Assembly (NCBI GenBank): GCA_003009755.1
Contig: PXUB01000045.1
Coordinates: 1-64,000 of the forward strand
Source: Thermoplasmatales archaeon SW_10_69_26
GTDB lineage: Archaea; Thermoplasmatota; SW-10-69-26
Direction: 5' to 3'
DNA: 64,000 bases
Position numbers and translations under genes: made by a program. Below the pieces are notes generated by a model. It was not told the origin of the DNA. It was given only the letters and a program-made list of their open reading frames with translations, and ran no database searches. Shown piece after piece: positions 28,471 through 38,518 of the stretch; the first letter of the stretch is position 1, and every line of letters begins with the position of its first letter.

Positions 28471-28560
28471 AACCTTCCGACTCTAAGTAATCCGCGTCGT
28501 GCGGTTGGCGAGGAAATTTTCATCGAAAAGGGGGGCCGCGGTAGGCCCGTAGCCCCCCGA
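28469..28560 (+). repeat. Family A two-hairpin repeat copy
   Basis: TTCCGAC...CGGTTGGCGAGGAAATTTTCATCGAAAAGGGGGG...CCCCCC, colinear with the copy at 1-85; lies between convergent genes. Confidence 0.75.
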
Positions 28561-28676
28561 ACGCATGAGGCTTCCGCAGGCCATGACGCAGGAACTCCCC
28601 GCTTGTACCGCATCGGCTTCGAGGACACCGTCAGCGGAAATAGGACCTGCGTGGGTCGACCCGATCCTCCCTCGCT

Positions 28677-29978
28677 CTACGGCTGGATGCGGTTCGGGGT
28701 GCGCGGGAACGGGACCGCGTCGCGGACGTGGTCGAGGTTGCACAGGTAGGCGACGAAGCGCTCGACGCCGAGCCCGAACCCGCTGTGGGGGACGCTGCCG
28801 TATTCGCGGAGATCGAGGAACCACTCGTAGTCCTCGACGTCCTCGCCCTCGGCCTCGAGCCGGCGCTCGACCAGGTCGAGGTCGGTGGAGCGCTCGCTGC
28901 CGCCGATCAGCTCGCCGTAGCCTTCCGGGCCGAGCAGGTCGGCGCACTTGGCGTACACCTCGTCCTCGTCCTGGGCCATGTAGAAGGCCTTCATCTTGGC
29001 CGGGAAGTGCGTGACGAAGACGAAGCCGTCGAACATGCGGGCCAGCGCGCGCTCGTCGGGGGCGCCGAAGTCCTCGCCCCAGGAGATGTCGTGGGACTCC
29101 TCCTGCAGGAGCTCGACGGTTTCGTCGTAGGTGACGCGGTCGAAGGGGGGAGCGACCTCGGCCAGCGTGGCGGGGTCGCGGCCCAGCTGTTCGACCTGCT
29201 CGCCGGCGCGTTCGGCGACGGCGTTGCAGGCGTGGGCGACGAGCTGTTCCTGGATCTCGATGTTCTCCTCGTTGTCGCACCAGGCCTGCTCGGCCTCGAG
29301 GTGCCAGTACTCGGTCAGGTGCCGCGGTGTGCGGGACTTCTCGGCGCGGAAGCTGGGCGCCAGGCACCAGACCCGCTCGAGCGAGTAGATCATCGCCTCG
29401 AGGTACATCTGGCTGGACTGGGTCAGGTAGGCCGGCTCCTCGAAGTACTCGAGCTCGAACACGTTGGCCCCGCCCTCGGCCGCGTTCTTCGTCAAGATCG
29501 ACGGCCAGACCTGCCAGAAGTCCTCCTCGGTGAACCACTCGCGGACCGCGTCCATCGCGGTGTGGCGGACCTTGGCGACGTCCGTCAGCTCCTGGCTTCG
29601 CAGCCACAGGTGCCGGTGGTCGAGCTCGTGCTCGATGCCCTGGTCCTCGTACAGGGGGACGTCCGGGCTCTCGCCGACCTCCGCGAAGCCGGTGACCTGC
29701 AGCTCGTACCCCTCGGGGGCGCGCTCGTCCTCCTCGACGACGCCGGTGACGCGCACGCTGGCCTCGAAGTCGGTCGTCTCGGCCTCGGCGAAGACCTCCT
29801 CGCCGACCTTGTCCTTCTTGACGGTGCACTGGAGGACGCCGGTGGCGTCGCGCACGACGGCGAACACGATCCCGCCGGTCGACCGGTGGCGGTGGATCCA
29901 TCCCTGGATGAGGATCTCCTCGCCCGTGTGCTGGCCGTCGAGGATCGATCCGATCTTCACGCGTGGGACGTCGGGCAT
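28677..29978 (-). CDS. asnS: Asparagine--tRNA ligase
   Basis: OB anticodon domain, YLTQSSQMYLE, FRAEKSRTPRHLTEYWHLEAE and YGSVPHSGFGLGVER; ATG at 29978. Confidence 0.95.
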   Translation of the reverse strand: MPDVPRVKIGSILDGQHTGEEILIQGWIHRHRSTGGIVFAVVRDATGVLQCTVKKDKVGEEVFAEAETTDFEASVRVTGVVEEDERAPEGYELQVTGFAEVGESPDVPLYEDQGIEHELDHRHLWLRSQELTDVAKVRHTAMDAVREWFTEEDFWQVWPSILTKNAAEGGANVFELEYFEEPAYLTQSSQMYLEAMIYSLERVWCLAPSFRAEKSRTPRHLTEYWHLEAEQAWCDNEENIEIQEQLVAHACNAVAERAGEQVEQLGRDPATLAEVAPPFDRVTYDETVELLQEESHDISWGEDFGAPDERALARMFDGFVFVTHFPAKMKAFYMAQDEDEVYAKCADLLGPEGYGELIGGSERSTDLDLVERRLEAEGEDVEDYEWFLDLREYGSVPHSGFGLGVERFVAYLCNLDHVRDAVPFPRTPNRIQP

Positions 29979-30047
29979 CGGGCTCGCGAACAGGCGTGCC
30001 CGGTTTGAAGCTATCGGCAGAGACCGCTCGTCATCGGGGACACCGTG

Positions 30048-30245
30048 GACACGGCACGCGGTCTCTGCCGAGAGCCCGACCGACCACAGAGACCGCCGAG
30101 GTCGGGCGAATCCGGAGACCGGCAACACCGCACGGTCTCCGAAAACGACACCGCACACGATCCCTACCGAGAGGACGACCGACCGCAGCCACCACAGAGG
30201 CCGTCCGAATCGCGAGGGACGAGCCACCAGGCTCGTCTCGAGTCC
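30048..30245. repeat. Degenerate 99-bp tandem repeat (2 units)
   Basis: Units starting at 30048 and 30147 align without gaps for ~65 nt (GACACxGCACxCGxTCxCTxCCGAGAGxxCGACCGACCxCAG...GAGGxCGxxCGAATC). Confidence 0.7.
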
Positions 30246-30512
30246 GCCCGACGCACGGCCTCGGATTCGTTCGGGAAGCAAAGCTACCCTCACCGAGCAC
30301 GAACGCGAGCGCCACGCCGACCACGACAACCGAGCGAGCGTTCGTACGAAGCCCGAGACCAAGCCTTGACTCTCGAAGGGCGGAAGGGCGCCGGGTCTCG
30401 GCCCGGGGAGAGCACCGCTCAACCCCGAGACCGCCCGCCTTCGTCGACGGTCGAGCGTTCCCTCAAACGATGCATCCCCACAGCCTTTGCCGCCATCGTT
30501 TGATCACCGGGT

Positions 30513-31049
30513 ATGCGATGGCTTGGGATCGCTCTCGCGGCGGCGATGGTGACGAGCGGGTGCATCGGGATCGGTGCCGAGGACCAGGCCCAGCCGACGA
30601 GCGCGTCGACGCCGACGACTGACGAGAGCGAGACCTGGACGCAGGAGACCAGCGTCGACCTCGGCTGGATCGTGGCAGCCGGCACCCACACGGCCGCCGG
30701 GGATACGATCGTCGGTGTTCGCTCGCACGACCGCTGCCCGGGCGCGTCGTTCGTCGTCCCGGCCGGGACCTCGACCGTCGCGATCTCGTTCGATGCCCCC
30801 ACCGTGGACGACGGGGTCGGGTCCTACACGGTAGCCATCGGGTCCCCGGACGCTGTCACCTACCTCAACCCGCCAGCCTCGGATCCCGCCTTCGAGGACG
30901 AGGACCCGGTCGCCGGTCCGTGGTCGATCGAGGTGAAGCCCAACGGTGCCGCCCTGAACCAGGTGTGGAGCTTCGACATCGAGCTGGAGGGGGAAGGCCC
31001 GGATCCAGGGGCCTTGGATCCCGTCAAGGACCGGGACTGCCTCCTGTGA
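30513..31049 (+). CDS. Hypothetical lipoprotein
   Basis: Signal peptide with TSGC lipobox; acidic beta-rich domain. Confidence 0.75.
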   Translation: MRWLGIALAAAMVTSGCIGIGAEDQAQPTSASTPTTDESETWTQETSVDLGWIVAAGTHTAAGDTIVGVRSHDRCPGASFVVPAGTSTVAISFDAPTVDDGVGSYTVAIGSPDAVTYLNPPASDPAFEDEDPVAGPWSIEVKPNGAALNQVWSFDIELEGEGPDPGALDPVKDRDCLL

Positions 31050-31055
31050 GGTCCC

Positions 31056-32384
31056 TCAGCTTAGCCGCTCGTCGACGAGGTCCTCCTCGAGTTGGAACCA
31101 GTTCGCCTCGGCTCCCAGATCCTCGAGCACGGCCATGAGGCCGAACCGGATACGAATGAGGAAGAGGAACTCGGCGGGCATGTTCAGGCGGGCGAGGTCG
31201 AAGCGGCGCTCGTACAGCTCGCGGAAGGCGACCGACTCGTCGAGATCCACTGGATGGGTCTCGTCCACGAGCCAGGCGCCGTAGAAGGACCGGATCAGCT
31301 CGTGGATCTCGTCGCGGTCCTCGCTGCCGGGCTCGACGATGCCCTGCTCGACGAGCACCGCCTCGAGCGCGTCGGGGTCGTCGTGGCGGGCCGCCCGGCT
31401 CAGGCGGGCGAGGTTGTCGACGAAGGCGTCGTCGAAGCGGCGGACGCAGCCGTGGTCGAGCACGACGAGGCGCTCGTGGTCGGGGAAGAGGTAGTTGCCG
31501 GGGTGCGGGTCGGCGTTGAAGACGCCCTCGCGGAAGAGGCTGCCGAGGTAGAAGTCGAACAGGGCGCGTCCGATCGCGTCCCGGTGCTCCTGGGAGGGGT
31601 CGCTGGCGAGGAACGTCTCGAACCCGGGAGCGTCGACGAGCTCGGTCACGAGCACGCGCTGGGAGGAGAGCTCGGGGTACACGTCCGGGATCTCGATCAC
31701 GGGGTGGTCGCGGAAGAGCCGCCGGAAGCGGGCCTGCATGCGGGCCTCGCGCTCGTAGTCGCACTCGGCGAGGAAGACCTCCCGCGCCTCGTCGTGGAAG
31801 GACTGCACCTCGGCGCCGGGCGCGATCGTTTCGACGATCTTGGGCCCGATCGCTCCAGCCCGGAAGTCCTTCTCGATGGCGTCGGCGATGCCCGGGTACT
31901 GGACCTTGACAGCGACCGGCGTCCCGTCGGGAGCCCTCGCGCGGTGGACCTGGCCGATCGAGGCGGCCGCGATCGGCTCCGGCTCGAGCTCGGCGAGGAC
32001 ATCGTCGGCCGCGGGTCCCAGATCCTCGCGGACGATCGAGCCCACGCGGTCGGCGGACAGCGGCTGGGCGTGGGTGCGCAGGGCGGCCATCGCGTCTTGG
32101 GCCTCGTCGGGCAGATCGAGGTCGAGGTAGCTGGCGAGCTGGCCGGTCTTCATCGCGATGCCCTTGAGCTGGCCCAGGCGCGCGACGACGTCGTCCACGC
32201 GCTCGCCGTCGCTGGTGGCCCAGCCCAAGGCTTGCCCGACGAGGTCGCGACCCTTGAACAGGGTCAGCGCGCTGGACCCCAACCGCTTCCACCGGGAGGT
32301 CTCCACCTCGCCGCTGCCGGCCAACAGCGCTTCGATCAAGCGCTCACGGGGGTCGCCCTCGTCCCCGTCGTCGGGGCTGGTCAC
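31056..32384 (-). CDS. ABC1/AarF/UbiB family atypical kinase
   Basis: KGIAMKTGQ, AAASIGQVHRA, VAVKVQYPG, NADPHPGN and LDHG motifs. Confidence 0.92.
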   Translation of the reverse strand: MTSPDDGDEGDPRERLIEALLAGSGEVETSRWKRLGSSALTLFKGRDLVGQALGWATSDGERVDDVVARLGQLKGIAMKTGQLASYLDLDLPDEAQDAMAALRTHAQPLSADRVGSIVREDLGPAADDVLAELEPEPIAAASIGQVHRARAPDGTPVAVKVQYPGIADAIEKDFRAGAIGPKIVETIAPGAEVQSFHDEAREVFLAECDYEREARMQARFRRLFRDHPVIEIPDVYPELSSQRVLVTELVDAPGFETFLASDPSQEHRDAIGRALFDFYLGSLFREGVFNADPHPGNYLFPDHERLVVLDHGCVRRFDDAFVDNLARLSRAARHDDPDALEAVLVEQGIVEPGSEDRDEIHELIRSFYGAWLVDETHPVDLDESVAFRELYERRFDLARLNMPAEFLFLIRIRFGLMAVLEDLGAEANWFQLEEDLVDERLS

Positions 32385-32460
32385 GAGGGAGCCTTAGCCT
32401 TCCTCCCTGAAGAGGCTGGCGCTGGCGGCCCCGAGGAGCCGGTCGGCCCGGCGCCCTCAG

Positions 32461-32468
32461 TTTTATTT
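32461..32468 (+). promoter_or_regulatory. TATA box of mvk
   Basis: TTTTATTT in a GC-rich background, 30 nt before GTG 32491. Confidence 0.6.
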
Positions 32469-32490
32469 CCGCGAGCCTATGGGCTGGTTC

Positions 32491-33474
32491 GTGACCCAAG
32501 CAGCAGCGCCGGGGAAGATCATCCTGTTCGGCGAGCACGCGGTCGTCTTCGGGGAGCCGGCGATCGCCGTCGCCATCGACCTCGAGACGAAGGTCGACAT
32601 GGTCCCGGACGAGCGTCTGAGCGGTCACCGGGTCGACGGCGACGAGATGGAGACCTACGCCCACCTCTTCATCGAGAAGGCCGTCCAGCTGCTGTGGGAC
32701 AACGCGGGCCACACCACGCCCTTGTCGATCGAGACCGACTCCCGGCTGCCCTCCGCGGCCGGGTTGGGCTCCTCGGCGGCGCTGTCCACGGCGACCTGCG
32801 CGGCGCTGCTCCGCCTGAACGACAACTTCTCCGAGAAGCGGTTGGCCCGGGCCGCCTACGAGACCGAGTGGCTGGGCCAGGACAAGCAGGGCTCGCCGAT
32901 CGACACGAGCGCCAGCACGCACGGCAACGCGATCTTCGTCTCCAGCGAGGACGACGAGGACCCGATGTGGACGATGCGGCGCGGCGACGACGAGTGGCAC
33001 GTCCACGACCAACCGATCGACCGCACGAGCTTCGTGATCGCCCACAGCGGCGAGAAGGGCAAGACCGACGAGCTGGTGAACAAGGTCCAGATGTACCACG
33101 ACCGCACCGACGTCGCGCCCAAGATCATCGAGGACATCGGCGAAACCACGATGGAGGGACGGGAAGCGCTCGTCGACGGCGACATGGCGCGCCTGGGCGA
33201 GCTGATGGACGAGGCCCACGAGCTGTTGGGCATGCTCGGCGTCTCGACGAGCCGCCTCGACGAGTTGTGCCGCACCGCCCGCGAGCACGCGCTCGGCGCC
33301 AAGCTCACCGGTGCCGGCGGCGGCGGATGCATCGTGGCCCTCACCGACGAGCCCGAGGCCTGCCGCGAGGCGCTGCGCGAGGAGCGCGCCGAGACGTGGA
33401 TCGTGCGCTCGGCCCGCAAGGGCGCCCGCGCCTGGGGCCGCACCTCGAAGCGCACCGTCGACGAGCGGCGGTGA
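32491..33474 (+). CDS. mvk: Mevalonate kinase
   Basis: APGKIILFGEHAVV, PSAAGLGSSAA and AKLTGAGGGG GHMP motifs; clustered with ipk and fni. Start is GTG 32491 or ATG 32479. Confidence 0.93.
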   Translation: MTQAAAPGKIILFGEHAVVFGEPAIAVAIDLETKVDMVPDERLSGHRVDGDEMETYAHLFIEKAVQLLWDNAGHTTPLSIETDSRLPSAAGLGSSAALSTATCAALLRLNDNFSEKRLARAAYETEWLGQDKQGSPIDTSASTHGNAIFVSSEDDEDPMWTMRRGDDEWHVHDQPIDRTSFVIAHSGEKGKTDELVNKVQMYHDRTDVAPKIIEDIGETTMEGREALVDGDMARLGELMDEAHELLGMLGVSTSRLDELCRTAREHALGAKLTGAGGGGCIVALTDEPEACREALREERAETWIVRSARKGARAWGRTSKRTVDERR

Positions 33475-33525
33475 CGGGTCGACACCGACCCCCATGCATT
33501 AAGAATGGCTCGTGCTTGCCGGTTC

Positions 33526-34311
33526 GTGGTCCAGATCGTCAAGCTCGGGGGCTCGGCCATCACCCGGAAGGGTGAGGACCCCGAGATCCGTCGCGACGTG
33601 CTCGAGCGCCTGGCCGACGAGCTCGAACCCCACGCCGACGAGGTCGTGCTCGTCCACGGCGCCGGCTCATTCGGTCACCCGATCGCGGACGCCCACGACC
33701 TCGACCACGGGGTCGAGGCCGACCAGGTCGCGCCGCTGAGCGAGGTCCACCAGCAGGTGCGCGAGCTCAACCTCGCCGTGCTCGACACCGTGCGCACCCG
33801 CGCCGGCCCCTGCCTGGCGTTGAGCCCCTTCGGCCTGCTGAGCTGCAACGACGGGATGCCCGGCGGATGGAACCTCGTGCCCGTCCACCGGACCCTCGAG
33901 CTGGGCACGATCCCGATCCTCTACGGGGACGTCGTGCTCGACACGCAGCGCGGGGTCAGCGTGCTCTCGGGCGACCGGATCGCCGTCGAGCTGGCGCGGT
34001 TCCTCGAGGCCGAGCGCGTCATCTTCGCCCTCGACGAGGAGGGCGCCTACTCGCACCCGCCCAGCCAGGACGAGGCCGAGCTGCTCGAGGAGCCCGGCCT
34101 CGGCGACGTCCGGCGGGCCCGCGACCGGGCTCGCAAGGCCGGCCCCGACGACGCCACCGGCGGCATGGCCGGCAAGCTGGACTGCACGCTGGCGATCGCC
34201 CGCGATGGCACCCAGGTCCACCTCGTCGACGGCACCCACGAAGGCCGCGTCCGCCAGGCGCTCCGCGGCGACGGCCCCGGCACCCGCGTCGACCCGGAGG
34301 GGCAGCCGTGA
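33526..34311 (+). CDS. Isopentenyl phosphate kinase
   Basis: VKLGGSAIT, VHGAGSFGH, SGD and DATGGMAGK motifs; lies between mvk and fni. Confidence 0.93.
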   Translation: MVQIVKLGGSAITRKGEDPEIRRDVLERLADELEPHADEVVLVHGAGSFGHPIADAHDLDHGVEADQVAPLSEVHQQVRELNLAVLDTVRTRAGPCLALSPFGLLSCNDGMPGGWNLVPVHRTLELGTIPILYGDVVLDTQRGVSVLSGDRIAVELARFLEAERVIFALDEEGAYSHPPSQDEAELLEEPGLGDVRRARDRARKAGPDDATGGMAGKLDCTLAIARDGTQVHLVDGTHEGRVRQALRGDGPGTRVDPEGQP

Positions 34312-35423
34312 GCGAGGAGGACGAGACCGTCTCCCGCAAGGGCGACCACGTCGACATCATCCTCGAGGACGACGTGCAAGCCAAGCACAACGCCTGGAAC
34401 GACCTCACGCTCGTCCACGAGGCCCTGCCCGAGGTCGACCGCGAGGCCGTCGATCCCTCGGCCGAGCTGCTGAACCACGAGCTCGAACTGCCCCTGATGG
34501 TCGCCTCGATGACCGGCGGCTACCCCGGCGGCGAGGAGATCAACGACCGCCTGGCGAAAGCCGCCGCCGAGCACGGGCTCGGCATGGGCGTGGGCTCCCA
34601 GCGCGCGATGCTCGACGACCCCGACCAAGCCCGCACCTACGAGGTCATCGCCGACCACGACGTGCCCTTCGTCGCCGCCAACATCGGCGCGCCCCAGTTG
34701 ATCCCCCAGGACGGCGAGGCTCCGATCGACATCGAGGACGCCGTCCACCTGATGGAAGCCATCGACGCCGACGCGCTCATCGTCCACCTCAACTACCTCC
34801 AAGAGGTCGTCCAACCCGAAGGCGACGACGAAGCCGCCGGCGTCGTGTCCGCGCTGGCCGAGCTCGTCCGCGAGGTCCCCGGCCCGGTGATCGGCAAGGA
34901 GACCGGCGCCGGCATGCACCGCGGCACCGCCCGCCGGCTCACCGAGGCCGGATGCTCGGCCGTGGACGTCGGCGGCTTGTCCGGCACGACGTTCGCCGCC
35001 GTCGAGCGCATCCGAGCCGAGGCGGCCGGCGCCGACGACGAGGCCTGGCTGGGCGAACGCTTCCGGGACTGGGGCGTCCCGACCCCGGTCGCCGTGCTCG
35101 AGGCCGCCCGCACGGAGCTGGAGGTCGTCGCCACTGGCGGCCTGCGCGACGGCGTGCACGTCGCCAACGCACTCGCGCTCGGTGCCGAGGTCGCCGGCAT
35201 GGCCAGCGCCGTGCTGGAACCGGCCGCCGAAAGCGAGGAAGCCCTGCACGCGTTCCTCGACCGCCTCGCGGCCGAGATCGAGACCGCGATGTTCCTCACC
35301 GGCGCCGAAACCGTCGACGAACTGCGTCACAAGCCGATCGTGGCCGACGGCGAGACTCGCACCTGGCTGGAGAGCCTCGGCTACGACGTGGCCGCCCTCG
35401 GCGGGCAACGGCTCGACGCCTAG
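34308..35423 (+). CDS. fni: Isopentenyl-diphosphate delta-isomerase type 2 (FMN-dependent)
   Basis: RKGDH, SMTGG, GVGSQR, HLNYLQE, KETG and GGLRDG motifs; GTG start overlaps the ipk stop. Confidence 0.95.
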   Translation: MSEEDETVSRKGDHVDIILEDDVQAKHNAWNDLTLVHEALPEVDREAVDPSAELLNHELELPLMVASMTGGYPGGEEINDRLAKAAAEHGLGMGVGSQRAMLDDPDQARTYEVIADHDVPFVAANIGAPQLIPQDGEAPIDIEDAVHLMEAIDADALIVHLNYLQEVVQPEGDDEAAGVVSALAELVREVPGPVIGKETGAGMHRGTARRLTEAGCSAVDVGGLSGTTFAAVERIRAEAAGADDEAWLGERFRDWGVPTPVAVLEAARTELEVVATGGLRDGVHVANALALGAEVAGMASAVLEPAAESEEALHAFLDRLAAEIETAMFLTGAETVDELRHKPIVADGETRTWLESLGYDVAALGGQRLDA

Positions 35424-35442
35424 CCCCGGAGCGTCCCGGGGC

Positions 35443-35455
35443 CGAACCTTTATGC
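35443..35455 (+). promoter_or_regulatory. BRE/TATA promoter of rps6e-eif2g
   Basis: CGAACCTTTATG upstream of rps6e; GGAGTGA Shine-Dalgarno-like sequence before ATG 35519. Confidence 0.6.
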
Positions 35456-35518
35456 CGACGACCTTGCTTCCCAGCGCACCCCCTCCGGTGACGTCTCGTC
35501 GCTGAGGGAGTGATCACC

Positions 35519-35962
35519 ATGGTCGAGTTCCAAGTCATCGTCGGCGACCCAGAGACGGGGAAAACGCACTCCGTCGAGGTCGACGGCCAGCACGCCAACG
35601 TGTTCGTCCGCAAGCGCATCGGTGAGGAGGTCGACGGCATGTTCGTCGGGCTCCCCGGCTACACCGTCGAGATCACGGGCGGATCCGACCAGGACGGGTT
35701 CCCGATGCGCGCCGAGATCCCGCAAGCCACGCGCAAGCGCATCCTCGTCAGCGACTCCGTTGGGTTCAACCCGACCGACGACGGGGTGCGCCGGAAGAAG
35801 ACCTTCCGGGGCAACGAGATCTCGCCCGAGATCACGCAGGTCAACGCCAAGATCGTCGACCGCGGCCCCGAGGATGTCGAAAGCCTCCTCTACGGTGAAG
35901 ACGAAGAGGACGAGGAAGGCGAGGCCGAGGACGAGACCGAGGCCGAAGGCGAGGAAGCCTAA
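35519..35962 (+). CDS. rps6e: 30S ribosomal protein S6e
   Basis: [22 protein letters not shown] and QVNAK motifs; acidic tail. Confidence 0.96.
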   Translation: MVEFQVIVGDPETGKTHSVEVDGQHANVFVRKRIGEEVDGMFVGLPGYTVEITGGSDQDGFPMRAEIPQATRKRILVSDSVGFNPTDDGVRRKKTFRGNEISPEITQVNAKIVDRGPEDVESLLYGEDEEDEEGEAEDETEAEGEEA

Positions 35963-35975
35963 AGCGAGCGCATCC

Positions 35976-37208
35976 ATGACGGAACTTCCACAACAACCCG
36001 AGATCAACCTCGGGATGATCGGCCACGTCGACCACGGGAAGACCACGCTCACGCAAGCCCTCACCGGGCGCTGGACCGACCAGCACAGCGAGGAGCTCAA
36101 GCGTGGGATCTCGATCCGGCTCGGTTACGCCGACGCAGCCTTCTACCGCTGCCCCGACCAACCGCTCCCCGAAGCCTACCAGAACAGCCCCGAGTGCCCG
36201 AGCGGCGACGAGGCCGAGCTGCAGCGCACGCTCAGCATCGTCGACGCCCCCGGCCACGAGACGCTGATGGCGACGATGATCTCGGGCGCCGCCATCATGG
36301 ACGGCGCGGTGCTCCTCATCGCCGTCAACGAGGAGTGCCCCCAACCGCAGACGAAAGAGCACCTGATGGCGATGGACATCGTCGGCCAAGAGAACGTCAT
36401 CGTCGTCCAGAACAAGATCGACCTCGTCACCGAGGAGCGCGCCCGCGAAAGCTACGACGAGATCCAGGACTTCATCTCCGGGACCGTCGCCGAGGGCGCC
36501 CCGATCATCCCCGTGTCGGCCCAGCAGGAGGTCAACGTCGACGCCCTGATCCAGACGATCGAGGAAGAGATCACCACGCCCGAGCGGGACCCCGAGGAAC
36601 CCCCGCGCATGTTCGTGGCGCGCTCCTTCGACATCAACAAGCCGGGAACCGAACCCCACGAGCTCCGTGGCGGGATCCTGGGCGGCTCCCTCAGCCAAGG
36701 CACGCTCGAGATCGGCGACGAGATCGAGCTCGCCCCCGGCCGCGAGGTCGAAGAGCACGGCAAGACCCACCGCGAACCGATCGTCACCGAGGTCACCGGC
36801 CTCGTCTCCGGCGGCTCCGCCTACGAGGAGGTCGGCCCCGGCGGCCTGATCGGCGTCTCCACGGACCTGGACCCCGCGATGACGAAGTCCGACAACCTCA
36901 GCGGTCGCGTCATGGGCCAACCCGGCACCCTGCCAGAGGTCCGCCAGCAGTTCACGATGGACACCCAGCTGTTGGACACCGTGGTGGGCGCCGCCGAGAA
37001 CAAGAAGGTCGAACCGATCCGCACCCAGGAACCCCTCATGCTCAACATCGGGACCTCGACCACGGTCGGCGTCGTCACCAGCGCCCGCAGCGACGACTGC
37101 GACGTGCGGCTCAAGCTTCCCGTGTGCGCCGAGAGCGGGCAACGGGTCGCGATCAGCCGACGACTGGGCACCCGCTGGCGCCTCATCGGCCACGGTGTCA
37201 TCCAGTAA
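35976..37208 (+). CDS. eif2g: Translation initiation factor 2 subunit gamma
   Basis: [34 protein letters not shown] and RWRLIG motifs. Confidence 0.97.
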   Translation: MTELPQQPEINLGMIGHVDHGKTTLTQALTGRWTDQHSEELKRGISIRLGYADAAFYRCPDQPLPEAYQNSPECPSGDEAELQRTLSIVDAPGHETLMATMISGAAIMDGAVLLIAVNEECPQPQTKEHLMAMDIVGQENVIVVQNKIDLVTEERARESYDEIQDFISGTVAEGAPIIPVSAQQEVNVDALIQTIEEEITTPERDPEEPPRMFVARSFDINKPGTEPHELRGGILGGSLSQGTLEIGDEIELAPGREVEEHGKTHREPIVTEVTGLVSGGSAYEEVGPGGLIGVSTDLDPAMTKSDNLSGRVMGQPGTLPEVRQQFTMDTQLLDTVVGAAENKKVEPIRTQEPLMLNIGTSTTVGVVTSARSDDCDVRLKLPVCAESGQRVAISRRLGTRWRLIGHGVIQ

Positions 37209-37268
37209 CAGCGTCGCGACCAACAGCCTGCACCTTTATGGGGTGGACGAGCTAGGCCTTTTGACGGG

Positions 37269-37727
37269 ATGTCGGAGGACGAACAGACCGAACCCGAGGT
37301 CGACGAGGGCGAGGAGGACACGCCGAAGCGAACCGTGATCGTGGACGCCAACGCCCTCATGATGCAGTTCCAATACCACGTGGACCTCGAACAGGAGCTC
37401 GAACGCGTCATCCCCGGCGCATTCGACGTCATCGTCCCCAGACAGGTCCTCGACGAGCTGGAGACCAAGACCGAGCGCGCCAGCGGCAAGGAAGCCGAAG
37501 AAGCCCGCCTCGGCATCGAGCTCGGTGAAACCTTCGAGGTCGCCGAGATCGAAGGCGACTTCGAGAAGACCGACGACGCCATCGTCCAAATCGCCGCCGA
37601 CCGAGACGACACCGTCGTCGTCACCAACGACAAGCTCCTCCGCGCCCAACTGCGCGCCCAAGGCGTCCCCAACGTCCACATGCGCAGCAAAGCCTTCCTC
37701 ACCGTCGAGGGCTTCCCAGGATTCTAG
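37269..37727 (+). CDS. PIN-domain protein (Fcf1/Utp24-like)
   Basis: VIVDANAL, VLDELE, TDD and VVTND acidic PIN motifs; conserved position after eif2g. Confidence 0.88.
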   Translation: MSEDEQTEPEVDEGEEDTPKRTVIVDANALMMQFQYHVDLEQELERVIPGAFDVIVPRQVLDELETKTERASGKEAEEARLGIELGETFEVAEIEGDFEKTDDAIVQIAADRDDTVVVTNDKLLRAQLRAQGVPNVHMRSKAFLTVEGFPGF

Positions 37728-37820
37728 CTCGGGAGGTCGGCTCCCTCACGTTCTCCCTCGCGAGCCCGGCCTGAGGCGACGGCTCGGGGTGTCGCTCTGC
37801 ATCGGCATGTCGCTGCCATG

Positions 37821-38050
37821 CCTGCTTCGAGCTCCTTCCGAGCCCCCGCTCAGGTTCTGCACTGTCTCCGGCCGCTCTCGCTCGGTCCGAACAGCTCGGT
37901 CGCCGACCTCCCTCGCACCGACGCGTCGTCGATCGGCCTGGGAGAGGCTTGCAAACCGGGGAAGCGTTCCCTGCTTCGGTCCTCTCGTCAGCGACCGCTC
38001 AGGTTGGACAGTGGATAGGCCCATCCTACCTCGGTCCGGACGGCAGAGAT
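37821..38050. repeat. Degenerate 149-bp-period repeat inside a ~790-bp non-coding region
   Basis: CCTGCTTCG...CCGCTCAGGTT...CTCGGTCCG blocks are colinear at 37821 and 37970. Confidence 0.6.
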
Positions 38051-38518
38051 CGGCCATCACCCGCGGGACCTCGCGGTGACGGCTGGGCGGCTCTGCCGGG
38101 CGCACGCCCGACCGCGGGCATAGCCGAGGGCGTGCATATCCGGACACCGGTAAAACGGGCCGTCTCCGAAGAGGACCAGGAAGGCTCGCCGCTCGGGCGG
38201 CCCGATGGACCCGACCACCCTGGGACCCACGACAGACCACGTCGAATCCGGACAGGATTCATGCAAGCCCACCCCGCAGCGAAGGCCACGCTTCGCCGGC
38301 TGGACGCGTCGCCGGCCCGAGCACCCCCCAATCGATGGACGGATCGCCGATGACGGCCTCCCAGCGGCGGGTCGGTCCGGCGAAGCGGTGGCGGAGGCGG
38401 GTAGGGTGGACGTCCCATCGCACCACATCCCCCTCAGCCACCGCCAACCCCCGGCCGCGGGGACTCGCTCAAAGCACCTTCCCGAACCGTTTAAGGGTCG
38501 CCTGGGTTACCTTTCCTC

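Noticed and set aside
37728-38518. SRP RNA or RNase P RNA
   Set aside because: Only partial look-alikes (a GGAA-loop-like stretch on the minus strand). I could not find the SRP helix-8 consensus or the RNase P GAGGAAAGUCC motif. Needs cmscan.
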